A DNA stretch of 64,000 bases from contig NC_043015.1 in the NCBI RefSeq assembly GCF_006345805.1, forward strand, positions 11,966,001 to 12,030,000, written 5' to 3'. This document shows, one piece after another, positions 40,153 through 54,100 of this stretch. Below the pieces are notes generated by a model that saw nothing but the letters and a program-made list of their open reading frames with translations, did no database searches and was not told the DNA's origin. Numbering within the stretch: the stretch's first letter is position 1; every line of letters starts with the position of its first letter. Origin of the DNA: Octopus sinensis. Its lineage: Eukaryota. The position numbers and the translations under genes were made by a program.

Positions 40153-41153
40153 ATATTGTTGTATTTAGGAACGGTGATGTTTAGCCAATAAAAATACGCG
40201 CACTATATATCCTGTGTTAATTTGATTCAGCTTATTTTATATTAATCGTATTTCGGCTATAGAAGTTAAAATCTTGCCCACACATAGAACAGACACAACA
40301 CTTAGACAAATTAAAGAAGCTACACACATAATATAAGATAAACCCAGCCTGAATAGGAAACTGGAATGGAACACTAACACACACTACAACATATGACAGA
40401 ATAAGATCCCCCATAAGGCGGCGAGCTGGCAGAAACGTTAGCACACCGGGCAAAATGCGTAGCCGTATTTTGTCTGCCGTTACGTTCTGAGATCAAATTC
40501 CGCCGAGGTCGACTTCGCCTTTTCTCCTTTCGGGGTCGATAAATTAAGTACCAGTCACGTACTGGGGTTGATGTAATCAACTTAATCCCTTTGTCTATCC
40601 TTGTTTGTCCCCTCTATGTTTATCCCATTGTGGGTTATAAAGAAATAAGAATAAGATCCTTATAAACTGAGAACAATATGAACAAAATATAATACAATAC
40701 ACTGATAAACAAATGGAATTAAATAACTATATACATTAACAAAATAAATGAAATTAAATTTTCAAAAATGGAAAAAATAAGTAAGTATAAACACATGAAG
40801 AAAATAAATAAAAACAAATTAAACGAACGTGTATAAACAGGGGATACTGATAATATAGGCACTTCCCCCCCACACACACACAGTTACTAACCAGAGATAC
40901 ACACAGGGGTATACGCATGCGCAAATAAAGACACATTTACTAGGAATACAAAATCGCTGATCATTAGTAAGGAAAGACGCACAAAAAAAGAAAGCAAAGG
41001 ACCACTGATGAGGTCACAGAAGTGTGACGAAAGAACTCTGGCCGAAATACGATTAATATAAAATTAAGCTGAAGCAAATTAACACCAAATATATAGTGCG
41101 CGTGTTTTTATTGGCTAAATTGGCAACATGACAATCCCCAAATACAACAATAT
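40153..41153 (+). mobile_element. short element bounded by about 105-110 bp inverted repeats, containing a hammerhead; SINE A inserted at 40416-40650
   Basis: 40153-40257 is the reverse complement of 41041-41153 (one indel); inner SINE flanked by AATAAGATCC repeats. Confidence 0.7.
40999..41043 (+). ncRNA. minimal type-I hammerhead ribozyme, intact core
   Basis: GACCA-CUGAUGA-G-GUCACA(GAAG)UGUGAC-GAAA-G-AA-CUC-UGGCC: 6-bp stem II, CUC site, stem I with one mismatch. Confidence 0.7.
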
Positions 41154-42264
41154 AATTATATCTATAATATATAATAAATATAAATTTATAATTAAATTAA
41201 TCTAAGTTTATAATTATATGTATATAAGTATGTAAAGGATACTAAGATATTACCAGCATCCTAGAAATAGAAGTCAAAATGACACTAAACCAATAAAAGT
41301 CACTCATATACACTGGCGAATACGAGGAAATTGAGCAAATAGAAAGGCTTAGTGAACAAAAATCGGAAGTGAGAAACAGATGATCCCATGTAAATATTGG
41401 AAAATTTAAGATAAATGTAATATAGTTAGTTAGCTTATAGGTGACCATGACAGTAGAAACTATATTGTTAGAGCAGGATTAAGGGGGTATGCATTTAGAT
41501 GCAGACTAGAAATTCATTGTAAACGACCCGGCAGGTTCCCTTGAGGCTCTTACTATTATTAGCCAATATGGAAAGCGATGAGACATCAATCTTCATAGGA
41601 GCAGAGGCACTGTAGTCAACATACCGAGAAATTCTATTTCTTTACAGCCTACAGTCTCCATCGACCAAATACACTTATAAGATTTCGTGTGGCCCGAGAT
41701 TATTTCAGAAGACACCTTTCTAAAGTCTCGCGCAGTGGGACTGAACCCGGAACCATGTGTTTGGGAAGCAAACTTCTTACCATATAGCCACGTCTGTGGG
41801 TGTGTGTGTTGTGTATATCTTGTTGAGCGCATACTTGCATATAGCTGTATGCGCAAGTATGGGATATTATCATTTTCAATATAAATATGCAAGAAGGGTT
41901 ATGCAAGTTGGAGAAAATAGCTTACTTTTCCACTATGTCATAATAAGTTGTCAATATAATTGGTTTAGTTTTCAGTATACGCCACGAAAAAATATTGTCT
42001 ATATATTTCCGTTTTCTTCAGAAGAACCAATACACACTGCCAAATATTGAACGAGAAAGTCACAACAAGAACAATATTAAGAAGGAAACGAAACGACAAT
42101 AACACGATATATAAATAATACGAAGTATCGTGATAAAATTGCAAAAGAAAAAAAATGGAGATAAATATAGCAACAAGAAGTTTTTATGAATGAATTCATA
42201 TTTGTCAATTTGACACATCGAATTTTTCGTTGAAATAGGTACATAAATAATGGAAGCAATACAA

Positions 42265-42396
<132 letters not shown>

Positions 42397-42485
42397 AACA
42401 GGTTTAATAAGAAATATTATCCACATGAAAAATTGAAATGAGTGGATGAAAAAGAATAAAGAATAAAAGTATATTGAAATAAACG

Positions 42486-42541
<56 letters not shown>

Positions 42542-42599
42542 AGTATGTATGTATGTATGTGTATATATATAGATATATATATACACACATACACACATG

Positions 42600-42634
42600 C
42601 CCGTTTGTATTTAGATAGATAGATAAATATACAG

Positions 42635-42725
<91 letters not shown>

Positions 42726-42788
42726 CAGATAGATAGATAGATAGATTAGATAGATAGATAGATAGATAGATAGGTAGGTAGGTAGATG

Positions 42789-42861
<73 letters not shown>

Positions 42862-43601
42862 GTAGGTAGATGGATGGATAGATAGATGTTTAAACGGTAA
42901 TATATATATATATTTAAACACACATACACACATATATACATATATATATGTTTGTAATGGCATATACATGTCTGTACGCATATACGTATGGTATATATGT
43001 TTATACGCAACGTATGCATAAGATACATTTGTGTATGGATAGATGCATACATGCATACATACATACATACATACAAACAAACATACATGCATACAAACAT
43101 ACATACATACATACATACATACATACATGCATATATATATACATACATACATACATGCATACATACATAAATACAAACATAAATACATACATACATACAA
43201 ACATACATACATACATACAAACATACAAACATACATACATGCATACAAACATACATACATGCATACATACATACATACATACAAACATACATACATGCAT
43301 ACAAACATACATACATACATACATACATACATACATACATACAAACATACATACATACATACAAACATACATACATACATACAAACAAACATACATGCAT
43401 ACAAACATACATACATACATACATACATACATACATACATGCATATATATATATATATACATACAAACATACATACATACATACATACATACATACATGA
43501 ATGCACATATACATACATATATACATGCATACATACATACAAACATAAATGCATGCATACAAACATACATACATACATACATACATACATACATACAAAA
43601 A

Positions 43602-43634
<33 letters not shown>

Positions 43635-43709
43635 GCATGCATGCATACATACATACATACATACATACATACGTACGTACGTACGTACATACATACATAC
43701 ATACATACA

Positions 43710-43742
<33 letters not shown>

Positions 43743-43769
43743 GCATACATACATACATACATACATACA

Positions 43770-43802
<33 letters not shown>

Positions 43803-43877
43803 GCATGCATGCATACATACATACATACATACATACATACATACGTACGTACGTACGTACATACATACATACATACA

Positions 43878-43910
<33 letters not shown>

Positions 43911-44015
43911 GCATACATACATACATACATACATACAAACATACAAAAATACATACATACATACATACATACATACATACATACATACATACATACATAC
44001 ATACATACATACATA
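42600..44015. repeat. (GATA)n (42600-42890) and about 1 kb (TACA)n (43030-44015)
   Basis: Read directly; source of the 330-600 aa artefact ORFs. Confidence 0.95.
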
Positions 44016-44129
44016 CTTACTTATGTATGCATACTGGATAAAGTATGAGATATTGCTCTCGTCATTCTATTTTCTTTCATACTGTAATTTTTTTTTTTAT
44101 TTTGGTGCTGAAATGGAAAGAATTAGCAT

Positions 44130-44497
44130 CACTACTACTACTGGTGCTGCTACTGCTATTGCTAATATTACTACTACTAACATTAATACTAATAATAATA
44201 CGACTGCTATTAATACTAATATAATAATAATACTACTGCTCCCACAGCAAGTGCTGATGCTACTACTATTAATGTTAATACTAATACTACCATTACTACT
44301 ATTGCTATTGCTGCTGCTGCTACCTCCTCTGCTACTACTACTACTACTGCTGCTGCTGCAACTACCACCTCTGCTGTTGCTGCTACCACTACCACTACTA
44401 TTACTGTTACTACTATTACTACTACTGCTGCTGCTACCGCCTCTGCTGCTGCTGCTACCAGTACTACTACTACTACTACCAGTACTACTACTACTAT
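44130..44497. repeat. (CTA/CTG)n trinucleotide low-complexity tract
   Basis: Read directly. Confidence 0.9.
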
Positions 44498-44735
44498 ATG
44501 GCCATATTTTTTCATGGAACTATTGTCGTATTTTCAAGAAAAAAAATAAAAGTAAAAGTGTAACACTAATTAGAAATAACATAATTACTTAACAAAGCCA
44601 ATGGTATATTCTTACCTTTTTTATATTCCTATATACAATATTATTTGCTTGCTTTTCATTAACCCGAAAGTTATTTTTAATTCTATATACTTTATATACA
44701 ATATGCTTTGGTAATTTATCCTCATTAGAAAACCT

Positions 44736-45603
44736 GGATCTTTACCTTTTGACCGGCAGATTTAGAAAATAATATTTTGTAACTAAACATTTTTAAAACT
44801 TCGTATACTGGTAGAATGTGTCATATAAAACATCTTTTACTCTTAGTGTTGTTGAGAAAAGTTTGTATTTTCAAAGTTATTTCATGTTAAAGTAGTCGTA
44901 TTTCGGCAATTACAACCAGTCAATGACATGTACTCAGCTGAACAAAATTGCTGCCGTTGTTTGTCAACAACAACTATCGGTGGTGTACTTTTCGTGTGTA
45001 TTTATGACATCGTTAGTGCGTTTGTACTGGTTTTAGGTTTTTAGGGTTAGGGTTTTAGGATTAGGGTTTTAGGCTTAGGGTAGGGTGGGGGTCTTAGGGT
45101 TAGGGTTAGGGTTGGGGTTTTAGGGTTAGAGTTACGAAAAAAGTGAAAAATGAAGAAATTCGAGGGGAGGGGGGGAGGCAAAAAAGTATTTTCGAAAATA
45201 GTAGCTGAAAAGCAGGAAAAAACCTAAAAGCAGTAGAAATACCCGAACGATTATGGTGGTGGCATGAAGTAAACGTGCTTCAGATACACTCGTTTATTCA
45301 TACAAATGTAACTGAGATTAAATATGTCATAAATAACAATGACAAACGAATTATACACTGCTGGAAGTTGTTGACAAACAACGGCAGTAATTTTATTCAG
45401 CTGAGTACCCGTCATTGATTGGTTGAAATTACCGCAATACGACAACTTTAACACGATATAACTTTGAAAATACAAACTTTTTCTCAACAACACTAAGAGT
45501 AAAATATGTTTTATATGGCACATTCTACCAGTATATGAAGTTTGAAAGTATTTAGCTACAAAAAATTAATTTCTCGAGCTGCCGTTCAAAGGGAAAAGAT
45601 CCC
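44736..45603. mobile_element. foldback/MITE-like element with about 300-bp inverted arms and internal TTAGGG-like repeats
   Basis: 44736-45030 is the reverse complement of about 45300-45603; (TTAGGG)-like tract at 45035-45133. Confidence 0.85.
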
Positions 45604-46176
45604 TTACTTGTTATAGCAAAGTGAGTTTTGAGTTTGATTAGCAAATATCTTTAGGTTTAAAGAAATCCTAACCCTACTCACAAAAGCACATAGCAAACCA
45701 TATACGAACACTGGGATACGTTTTGATTCTGGCTTTTATTTATGCCCATAACAAACGTAGGCCTGACAGAGAGTTGTTTCCCTAATGTACGTGGAATTAA
45801 CTAAATTCACTCCTGCACCTTTTTCAATACTAATAATTTTACTTGCATTTATTTGATTTCCCATTGTATAACATGTATTGTTAACAATAGCCAATTCGGT
45901 AATCAAAATTTCTAAACTTCATTGAAAATTCAATTTTTTTCTAATTGTCTTAACATCGCGGTGGCCATCGTGAATTGGAAACCATTATACTGGTTAATTA
46001 GAAAATGAATTTTTAATAAATTTTAAAACGTCAGTGAATGCTGAATTATTGGATTGGCCAAAATTTGACTCAGTTTTTTTTTTCTTCAACAATAAACTTC
46101 AAGTACGCTTTTAAGCAGCTACCTTCAGTCCGTCCTTTCCACGTGCGTATTCATCAGATACTTGATATTCAACGTA

Positions 46177-47345
46177 TGAGATGGTAGCAAAAAGTTCCCG
46201 GACTAGCTATGTTAAGTTAAGTTAATTTTGGGGCTCAAAAAGCAAGAAGCAAGGCCATCTAGGGGGACATGGAGTTATGTACAGGGAGGCTGTTCATGCA
46301 AAGAGTTCAGGCCATTTCTGGTCAAGAGAGACTTCGAACCGAGTGGTCGTCGGCATCTTCACTATCTCGTCCGGCAGCTTATTCCACGGATCCGCAACCC
46401 GGACGGAGAAAGCCCCTCTTTCGATTGAGATGAAATCGTCGCAGATAGAGCTTTTCGGAGTGACCCCGCAGTCGTTTAATTAAGAAATTACTTATTTACC
46501 TAAGTTCTAACATAATCTTCTTCGAGACAGTCACCTTGCGCAGCAATGCACCGGTCCCAGCGTTCCTGCCACTTTTGGAATCCGGCCTAGAAGTCGTTCT
46601 CCGTAAGCGAATCGAGAACCTTCTGCGATTCGCTCTGGATCTCGAGAACGGTGTTAAAATGGCAACCTTTGAGTTACATTTTCATCTTGAGGAAGTTATG
46701 GAAGTCTTCAGGTGCTAAATTTGGCGAATGGGGTGGGGTGCAGAAGCGATACCATGTTGTTTTGGGCGAGAATCTCACGAGTGAGGAGAGCTCAGCAAGT
46801 GGGTACATTGTCGTCGCGAAGAGTCCAATCCTTCGCGCTCCACAGAACCGAATTTTGCTGAATTTCCTCCCTCATACGTCTCAAAACGTTGCAGTAGAAC
46901 TCTCGATTGACGGGAGGCGATTCTCGCTGCATGGTACCACATTTCCAGGGATGACGGTCGTGGCAAGTCTTCCAGATCGCTCATCGTCTTCCACGGACGT
47001 TTTTGAAGCGCTCGTGCCACTCGAAACAATACGTACTACCCATTGTCTCGTTGCCTTAAGCTTACCGAAGCATGCTCAACGTGTCTGTAACAGATGTTCC
47101 AAGTCTAACGCTAAATTTTATGTTGGTTCTTTGTTCCAACTTCTTGTCCATGACAAAATCGCAGATTGCAGCATACAAATGATCACATAAATAGGAATTT
47201 CAGAAGTTGAGAAGCAAACACAACGATGTCACTCGGCTCACTACCTCATGAAGGTCACTGCTAACTCTCACTGTGCACGCAACCTTGTGCTGTCATCCGT
47301 TGGCACGCTACAGTACTAGTCCGGGAACTTTTCGATACCACATCT
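46177..47345 (-). mobile_element. mariner element B, both TIRs, internally deleted, inserted in element A
   Basis: TIRs (T/A)GA..TGGTA.C.AAAAGTTCCCGGACTAG at both ends, TA at 46175-76 and 47346-47; translation QKVLDSLTENDF.AGFQKWQERWDRC. Confidence 0.9.
46211..46477 (-). mobile_element. CR1-group LINE 3' fragment inside mariner B
   Basis: Translation RLRGHSEKLYLRRFHLNR / FSVRVADPWNKLPDEIV; tail (TTAAC)3; interrupts sequence that is contiguous at 4030-4050. Confidence 0.85.
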
Positions 47346-49352
47346 TAGTTCGACGTGAACTTGCGATGAAACTTGCTGTATTTTGTGTGCTGGGATCAAC
47401 CTGAAAATGGGGAACCAAAACGAACATTATCGACACCTCATCCTTTTTTGTTTTAAAAATGACAAGAAGGCGGCAGAACGCAGCAGAAAGATATGTGTTG
47501 CGCTCAGAGAGGATGCTGTTACGGAATGTGTGTGTCAAAAGAGGTTTAGGAGATTTCGATCGGGAATTTTTTCGGTTCTGGATACACTTCGCAGTAACCG
47601 ACCAACTGAAATTAACAGCGACAAAATAACGAAGTTATTCGATGCCAATCCTTATTATATACCAAGATCGTCGCAGGTAGTCTCTAAATATCCAAACAGA
47701 GCCTTGAAAACCATCTGCATCAACTTGGTTACGTCAGCAAGCTCGATAATATTTGGGTCCCACATCAATTGAATGAGGTTAATCTCGCCCAACAGATTTT
47801 CATATGCGATACGTTGAAAAAACGTGAAAACAATCCTTTTTTGAAGAGAATGGTGTTCAGGGGACGAAAATGAATCGGTTATAATAATATGAAGTGCAAA
47901 CAATCGTAGGGGTAGAGCGGCGAACTACCACAAATAACCTCGAAAGCAGAACCTCATTCGAAGAAGATTCTGCTTTCAGTTTGGTGAGATTGGAAGGACG
48001 ATTAGCAAATATTTCATCACGACAATGCCAGACCGCACACTGTTCTGCAGATGCAGCAGAATTTACTGGGGCTTGGCTGGGAAGTTTTGTCGCCCTTCTT
48101 CATATGTTCGCCTGATTTCCCCCTGTTTCGATCTCTTCAAAATTCATTGAATGGACAGACCTTCAACTCTGCAGAGTATATAAAAATTCAGTCGGAGAAC
48201 TCTTTCACTATTAAAAACATGAAATACTTTGAGGATGGAATAATGGATCTGCTCACAAGATGCAAGAAGACACTGGAACGAAATGGTAATTATATTGTTA
48301 ATTGAATAAATCACTTTCTATTTAAAATTTGTTTTATTTTCGCTTGAAAAACCAAACAAACTTTTGGGTCAACCCAATATTTCAAATCAAGAATAGCGTC
48401 AATACTTTAAAGAATAAGAGTCTCCACATAATTTTTTTCAAAACGTTATACAGTTTATTTTATCAATTTCATTTATCACAGTTAAAACAGCTCATACTTT
48501 AAAAACTCCAAGTTTTCTGCCATGCCACTAGATATATTTTCTTATGTTTAAGATTGGGCGAGTCTGAAATAATGTTGTAAACTGTTTACTTTCAACATTT
48601 GCATTTCCTGAAGTCACTTAATGCATTTTGATCTATTGCATGATTTCGGTTTACTCTCTGGTATAAGGGCCTTGATTTTGTATCTCAAGTGGTCAGTCTT
48701 AGAGTTGAGCACTGCACTTCTTAACCAGCGCTACTATACTTTTAGAATTTATTTTCCCTGTGCTTAGTTTTTCTCAGGTATTAGCATATCGGTGGCATTT
48801 TTCCCAGCGTGATCTAATGGTTCAGCATTTTCATAATTTCTATTTCTCCTTTCTTTGTACAAGTATGTGTTACTTTAGACCTTCTGTTGTATTTAGTTTT
48901 CTTGAAAATAAGATAAGGTTTTCTTTTTTGTGTTTCGTATATATTTGAGTTTCATTATTTCCTTGTTCTTTCCCAAGTATCCACTGTAGTCCTACAGTGG
49001 ATATTTTATCTTAGTCTTCGACTTGCAGGATACTCCTACGTTCTATTTTCAAGGTTAATGTAATATTCCTCTGTCAAATTGTGAATGAATTCTCATCTTT
49101 CTGATTCCTTTAGAGTCTAGCTGAAAATATTATAACTATATATTATTACTGAGGCAGCAAGAGAATTAATTCTTATCTATGCAGACATACATTCATACGT
49201 ATATACATTTATACATACATACATGCATACCTACACACACAAACACGCACCTGCGCGCGCGCACATATATAAGAGCCGACATGTTTGTCGCATGGGAGTT
49301 CTTCCTCTGAAGGTTTCTCCTGCTTTGCGCGGCGAGTTTCTGTTATACATAC

Positions 49353-49843
49353 TGTTACGAAAAAAATTCTATTCAGATAATTTCTCATCTGCACGGCGCG
49401 AATTAGAACACTGCTCTCTGCAGTCACGTGACTGTTTAAAGTGTAGGCGGTATGATTTTGGCATGCTTTTACGGTGTGAGTGCTGTATAAAGACTATTTT
49501 CTCTCGTAGAGAGTTAGTTCGCGCTGGAAGCCAATGTGAAAAGGTGGTTTGAAGTTCGTGCTGGAAGACAATCTGCGACGAGCGACGTGATGAAAGTCGA
49601 CATGAACTATTTTATGTGGTAGTCGGTGCCATGCAGTCGATGTGAGGCAGTCGATGTGAACGATGGTACCGAGCAATTTTGTATGGAACGTTGACACAGT
49701 ATTTGGTGTGGGTATGAAGTTGGTTTCGACAGTTTATGCGAACAGTGGACAGTTTTGAACTGACTGCGAAAATAGTCAGTGGGAACTTGGCAACGGAAGG
49801 AATTCGGAATGGTAACTGGACTAATGTACATTCGGAAGTAACA
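49353..49843 (+). mobile_element. possible solo LTR
   Basis: Termini TGTTAC...GTAACA and an internal TATAAA; no target-site duplication visible. Confidence 0.3.
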
Positions 49844-50021
49844 ACAGTCATGTCGAAAAAAATAAAAGATAAAAAAAATAAATCATTAGACTAGTGAATA
49901 AAAGAAGAGCTCACCAAAAGCACTCTACACATTTCATAGGTAAATGAAAAACCTCTCCAAATAAACTGCTTATTTATTCCATAAATATTATTGGCCTCTT
50001 AATTAAAGTTCTTGTATTTTT

Positions 50022-50084
50022 GGATATACTCAAAGACTTTGAGTATATACTCACAGATTTTGAGGATATACTCAAAGACTTTGC
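50022..50084. repeat. 21-bp tandem repeat x3 (GGATATACTCAAAGACTTTGA)
   Basis: Read directly. Confidence 0.9.
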
Positions 50085-50722
50085 CATTTGCAACCCTTCT
50101 GGCTTCTTTGACTACTGCTTCTTTCGCTCTACGCAAATTGGTTCGCTGAGCAGTCGCCTACGCGGTCTTCTGAGCTATCGGACACAGACTGTTGTGTTGT
50201 AGGTGGTTTCGGAAGACCGCGCATGCGGCGTAACAATATTTATATTCATGTAGGTCTCAACTCCTGGAACAGCGGCTGAATGAGGTTTCGAATGATGGAC
50301 ATGCTACAAAAAGCACCATCTAAAATCATAATTGGATGAGCGACAGTCTGTTGTCCTTTCATAATTAAATCCTGCATGTCTCATTCTATACGTGACACAG
50401 AGGAAAGTCATGAAATCAAGTGTACGCGTCACTTCCTTGAGGTCTGCCTTAAACAAATCCACATCATTACTCTGATTACTCTGAGTCATGTATATATATA
50501 TTGTATGTGTATATATATAGTATATATATAAAGTATATTTACACAGTATATATAAATATATATATATATATATACAGAGTACATATAAATATATATATAT
50601 ATATACAGAGTATATATAAATATATATATATATACAGAGTATATATAAATATATATATATATACAGAGTATATATAATATATATATATATTCATGTATAC
50701 ATATATATATACATTATATATA

Positions 50723-50780
<58 letters not shown>

Positions 50781-51149
50781 CAGTATATATATATAAGAGT
50801 TCTTTCAAGTTTATTATTTTTAAACTGTTTATAAGTTTCTGTTTGGTCTAAGTCTCTCATCAAGTTTTTTTTTTATTTTAACTGACATTGTTACTTGCCA
50901 TTACTTTCATCTGTCTTTAATTATGCCTCTCTTCAATTAAGACGAAATTCAACTGAAAAAATGCGCCTAAGTTCAACTAAACGTGCACTATTTATAGCAG
51001 TGTTTCTTGTTGCTTCTCATTTGCAGCGTACACTTTGAGTTTGTCCACAATGGAAATAATGTCGTCTTGGAAAATTCTTCTACAAATGGAATAAGTGTTA
51101 GCTTTATATATTTTTATTCTTTTTTTCTATATCTACCGAATCCTTTTTA

Positions 51150-52050
51150 ACATTTCCTCACAGTGTGTTTAATGTATCTACATATTATTGATGTTACTTT
51201 GCTTCTGGTTAATAATGTTCTTTACAACTGTGAATGTCATTGAAGTATCACATCGGCTTTTCTGAAAGAAGTTTTTTTTTTCCCTAATTGTTTTCTTATT
51301 TGATATAATTTTGATTAAGTTGTTGTACTGTGGGGGAAAAGGTTATACATCTTTTGGGCTAAGAATATGCTGTTTCGTTAGTTTTGAGCAAATATATTTT
51401 CCTCCTCACAGAGCCTGTTATAATTTGCTTGGGGATCTTTTTGTATGTTATCCAATATCTTTGCTCATCCAATATCTTTGCTCACACATTATGTGTACTT
51501 TTTAAATATTTCAATCAAGTGGTTTGGGATTTTATCGTTTGCTGATACCTGCCATTTGGTTGCTGGTGCCTGCCGTTTGAAACAGTTGGGTTTTTTCTTG
51601 AATAGATATAACTTATTGTTATATAACATAATTGTTCAGGTCTAGCGTACATAATCTTCACAGAATCCTTCTGCTTCTCTTTTTTGATTTTTTTGTTGTT
51701 GTTTTTTCAAAGAGTCCTAGTTTCTGCTTATTATAACGGAATGTTTACGATTTAACGAGGATTCCTGTTCTTTTTTTTTTTTTTTTCAAGCTATCTTTCA
51801 TTTCGAGTACTTTTTGTTGATATAATCTCTTCTTTAAATTGTCTTTTTGTTAATAATTTAATTGCCAGTTTGGCAATTATTTCCTCTCATTTATTTTATA
51901 TACGTTCCATTTCCATCTTTTGATATTCCGGCAGATACATATTTGAAAAAGCCCCTGCCTGTTATCCTAACCACAGGAGCTTTTGCACAAGTGATTTCAT
52001 TTTACAAAAGTTATACAATTCAGGATAACAACTAGATTTATGTTTTATAA
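51150..52050 (-). mobile_element. probable R4/Dong-like LINE fragment
   Basis: Decayed translation WQVSANDKIPNHLIEIF resembles WKAPG.DKIPN.W of R4-clade RT. Confidence 0.45.
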
Positions 52051-52388
52051 TTGCTGTTGCAGTTTCATCATAAATTCTTACACCTGCGAAATTCTGGGGT
52101 TAGCCATAAAAAAATCATGAAGCAATTAAAATTCTATAAGTATTTCTACATTTAAAATATTGTCATATTTGTAATTATCAATGGAATGTTCTATCTTCAA
52201 ATCTTTCTCATAATCCGTTTTACTATATTTTTCATTATTTAGTTCAAATCGAGCCCAGTAGTAATTTTTTTAAAAGTCTGGCATTTTTGCTGAACCGCTA
52301 AGTTTCAGGGCCGTAAACATACTAACACCGGTTATCTAGTGGTGGTATGCGACAAACACACGCATACATCCACACGCACACACACGCG

Positions 52389-52464
<76 letters not shown>

Positions 52465-52489
52465 TGTATGTGTGTGTGTGTTCTTTTCT

Positions 52490-52650
52490 ACTCTAAGCAC
52501 AAGATCCGAAGTTTAGGGAGAGTGACCCACTCGATTAGACCCCAGTACACAAATGGTACTTAATTTATCGACTCCGAAAGGCAAAGTCGACCTCGGCGGA
52601 ATTTGAACTCAGAACGTAAACACAGATGAAATACCGCTAAGCATTTCTCG
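52490..52650 (-). mobile_element. SINE family A copy
   Basis: Core present. Confidence 0.8.
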
Positions 52651-53899
52651 ATATCCCTTTGTGAACGGAAATGACCTGCAGACAACCTACGTTCCGCACA
52701 TCAAGCAAGAATAACTTCTGTAAATATCTTACAGAATCATAATGGTAAAACTCTTGTAATTATAAATTAAAGTACAGAGTATACGACTTGAAAGTGAAAT
52801 TACCAACACATATTCAAACTATATTTAAACACTTCCCTCCCATCATCCTCTTCCTACTGATTTGTCTACGTTTCTTTAAAATTGGCTTAATATTATTTAT
52901 TGATCGCATTCATTAATTTCATAAGTCTTTACACTTAATGGCAGTGTATTCACTCAATAAACGATTAACCCTTTGTGATCATATTCTCATGAGACTTGTT
53001 TACCTGTTCAGGACATCTTGGTGCATTGTGGTGAATAGAATTAACGAAACTTTACACAAAAGACTAGACAAAATGTAAGCTGCTTTTGTTAACTTTGAAC
53101 TGTGATCAGGCAAAATTAAACGACTCGCCATCAGCACGAAAAATAACAGTCAAGTTTGTACTGCTATGCATGATATAGTGAGGGGAAAACGTAATTAATA
53201 ATACCTGTACGATAGAGAGAAGAAATCAGTTGATTAATGGTTTAAATGAACTCAAAAATTTTCTTTTACCGCATAAAGACCATGAACCAGATTCTCTACA
53301 CTATATTAGGTATGATGGTGCCACTCTGATTTGAACTTATGAATGTGCATAAAAGATACTTTATTCAGTCAATTATATCGTCTCCTTTGAATTCTTTACT
53401 GAAGTTAGTGTCACCATATTTAAAGAAATATTAGAAAGTTAACCAGTTTCATAAAATAATAATTTAATGTGTATAAAAAATACAGTATTCGTCAGAGACT
53501 AGTATTATATAGAGTTTTTTCGATAAACTTGGGATACAGCGTCGACCATGCTTCGGTCTTATAATCTCATCTGCGAATTAGCGATGTAAGAATCACTAAC
53601 TAAATGCACAAGACTGTACACTGGTTGGCACATAAAAATAGACGATTTCTAAGAATAAATAACCAAAAACCACCACCAACATTTTTCATTAAGAGTTAAA
53701 TTATTGTTAAATATATTTATTGCAGGTTTGGTATTAGGCGGAATGACAGAAACAGAAGGAATTTTCTCGAAGAAATTACTGAATCACTTATTTTGCTAAT
53801 AGTAATGTCTCTTTTCTGAGAATGACGATTCTGCAATTTGTTGCAGAACTACCTGCACATATGATTTGTTCATAGTGAGCAAGTGTTCGTGTTGCACAT

Positions 53900-54100
53900 T
53901 TGCTCGCTCCTTCCATCAAATCGACAGTTTCTATACAGTTGCACAGTGTATCATACGTCAGATATCGAAGTGAACGCAGAGAATCGTGAGGTGAAGTGTT
54001 TTACCCAAAAACACAACACGCCACCTGGTCCGGGAATCGAACCCACGATCTCACGATCGTGACTGCAGCACCTTAACCCATGGGCCGTACGACTTCACAT
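53900..54100 (-). mobile_element. tRNA-derived SINE (CORE-like), diverged
   Basis: Minus-strand head GGCCCATGGGTTAAGG...GGGTTCGATTCCCGGACC. Confidence 0.7.

Larger units (their letters stand above)
46049..48377 (+). mobile_element. mariner element A (host of nested insertions), decayed transposase at 47407-48305
   Basis: Imperfect TIRs TTGGATTGGCCAAAA / TTGGGTTGACCCAAAA with TA flanks; motifs WVPHQLNE and FHHDNARPH; HTH MGNQNEHYRHLILFCFK. Confidence 0.85.

Noticed and set aside
45035-45133. true telomere or chromosome-fusion site
   Set aside because: Degenerate, one orientation only, and part of a repeated element also seen at 2.7 kb.
46130-46162. CUGAUGA..GAAA on the minus strand
   Set aside because: No NUH triplet or stem I; lies in the mariner A 5' UTR.
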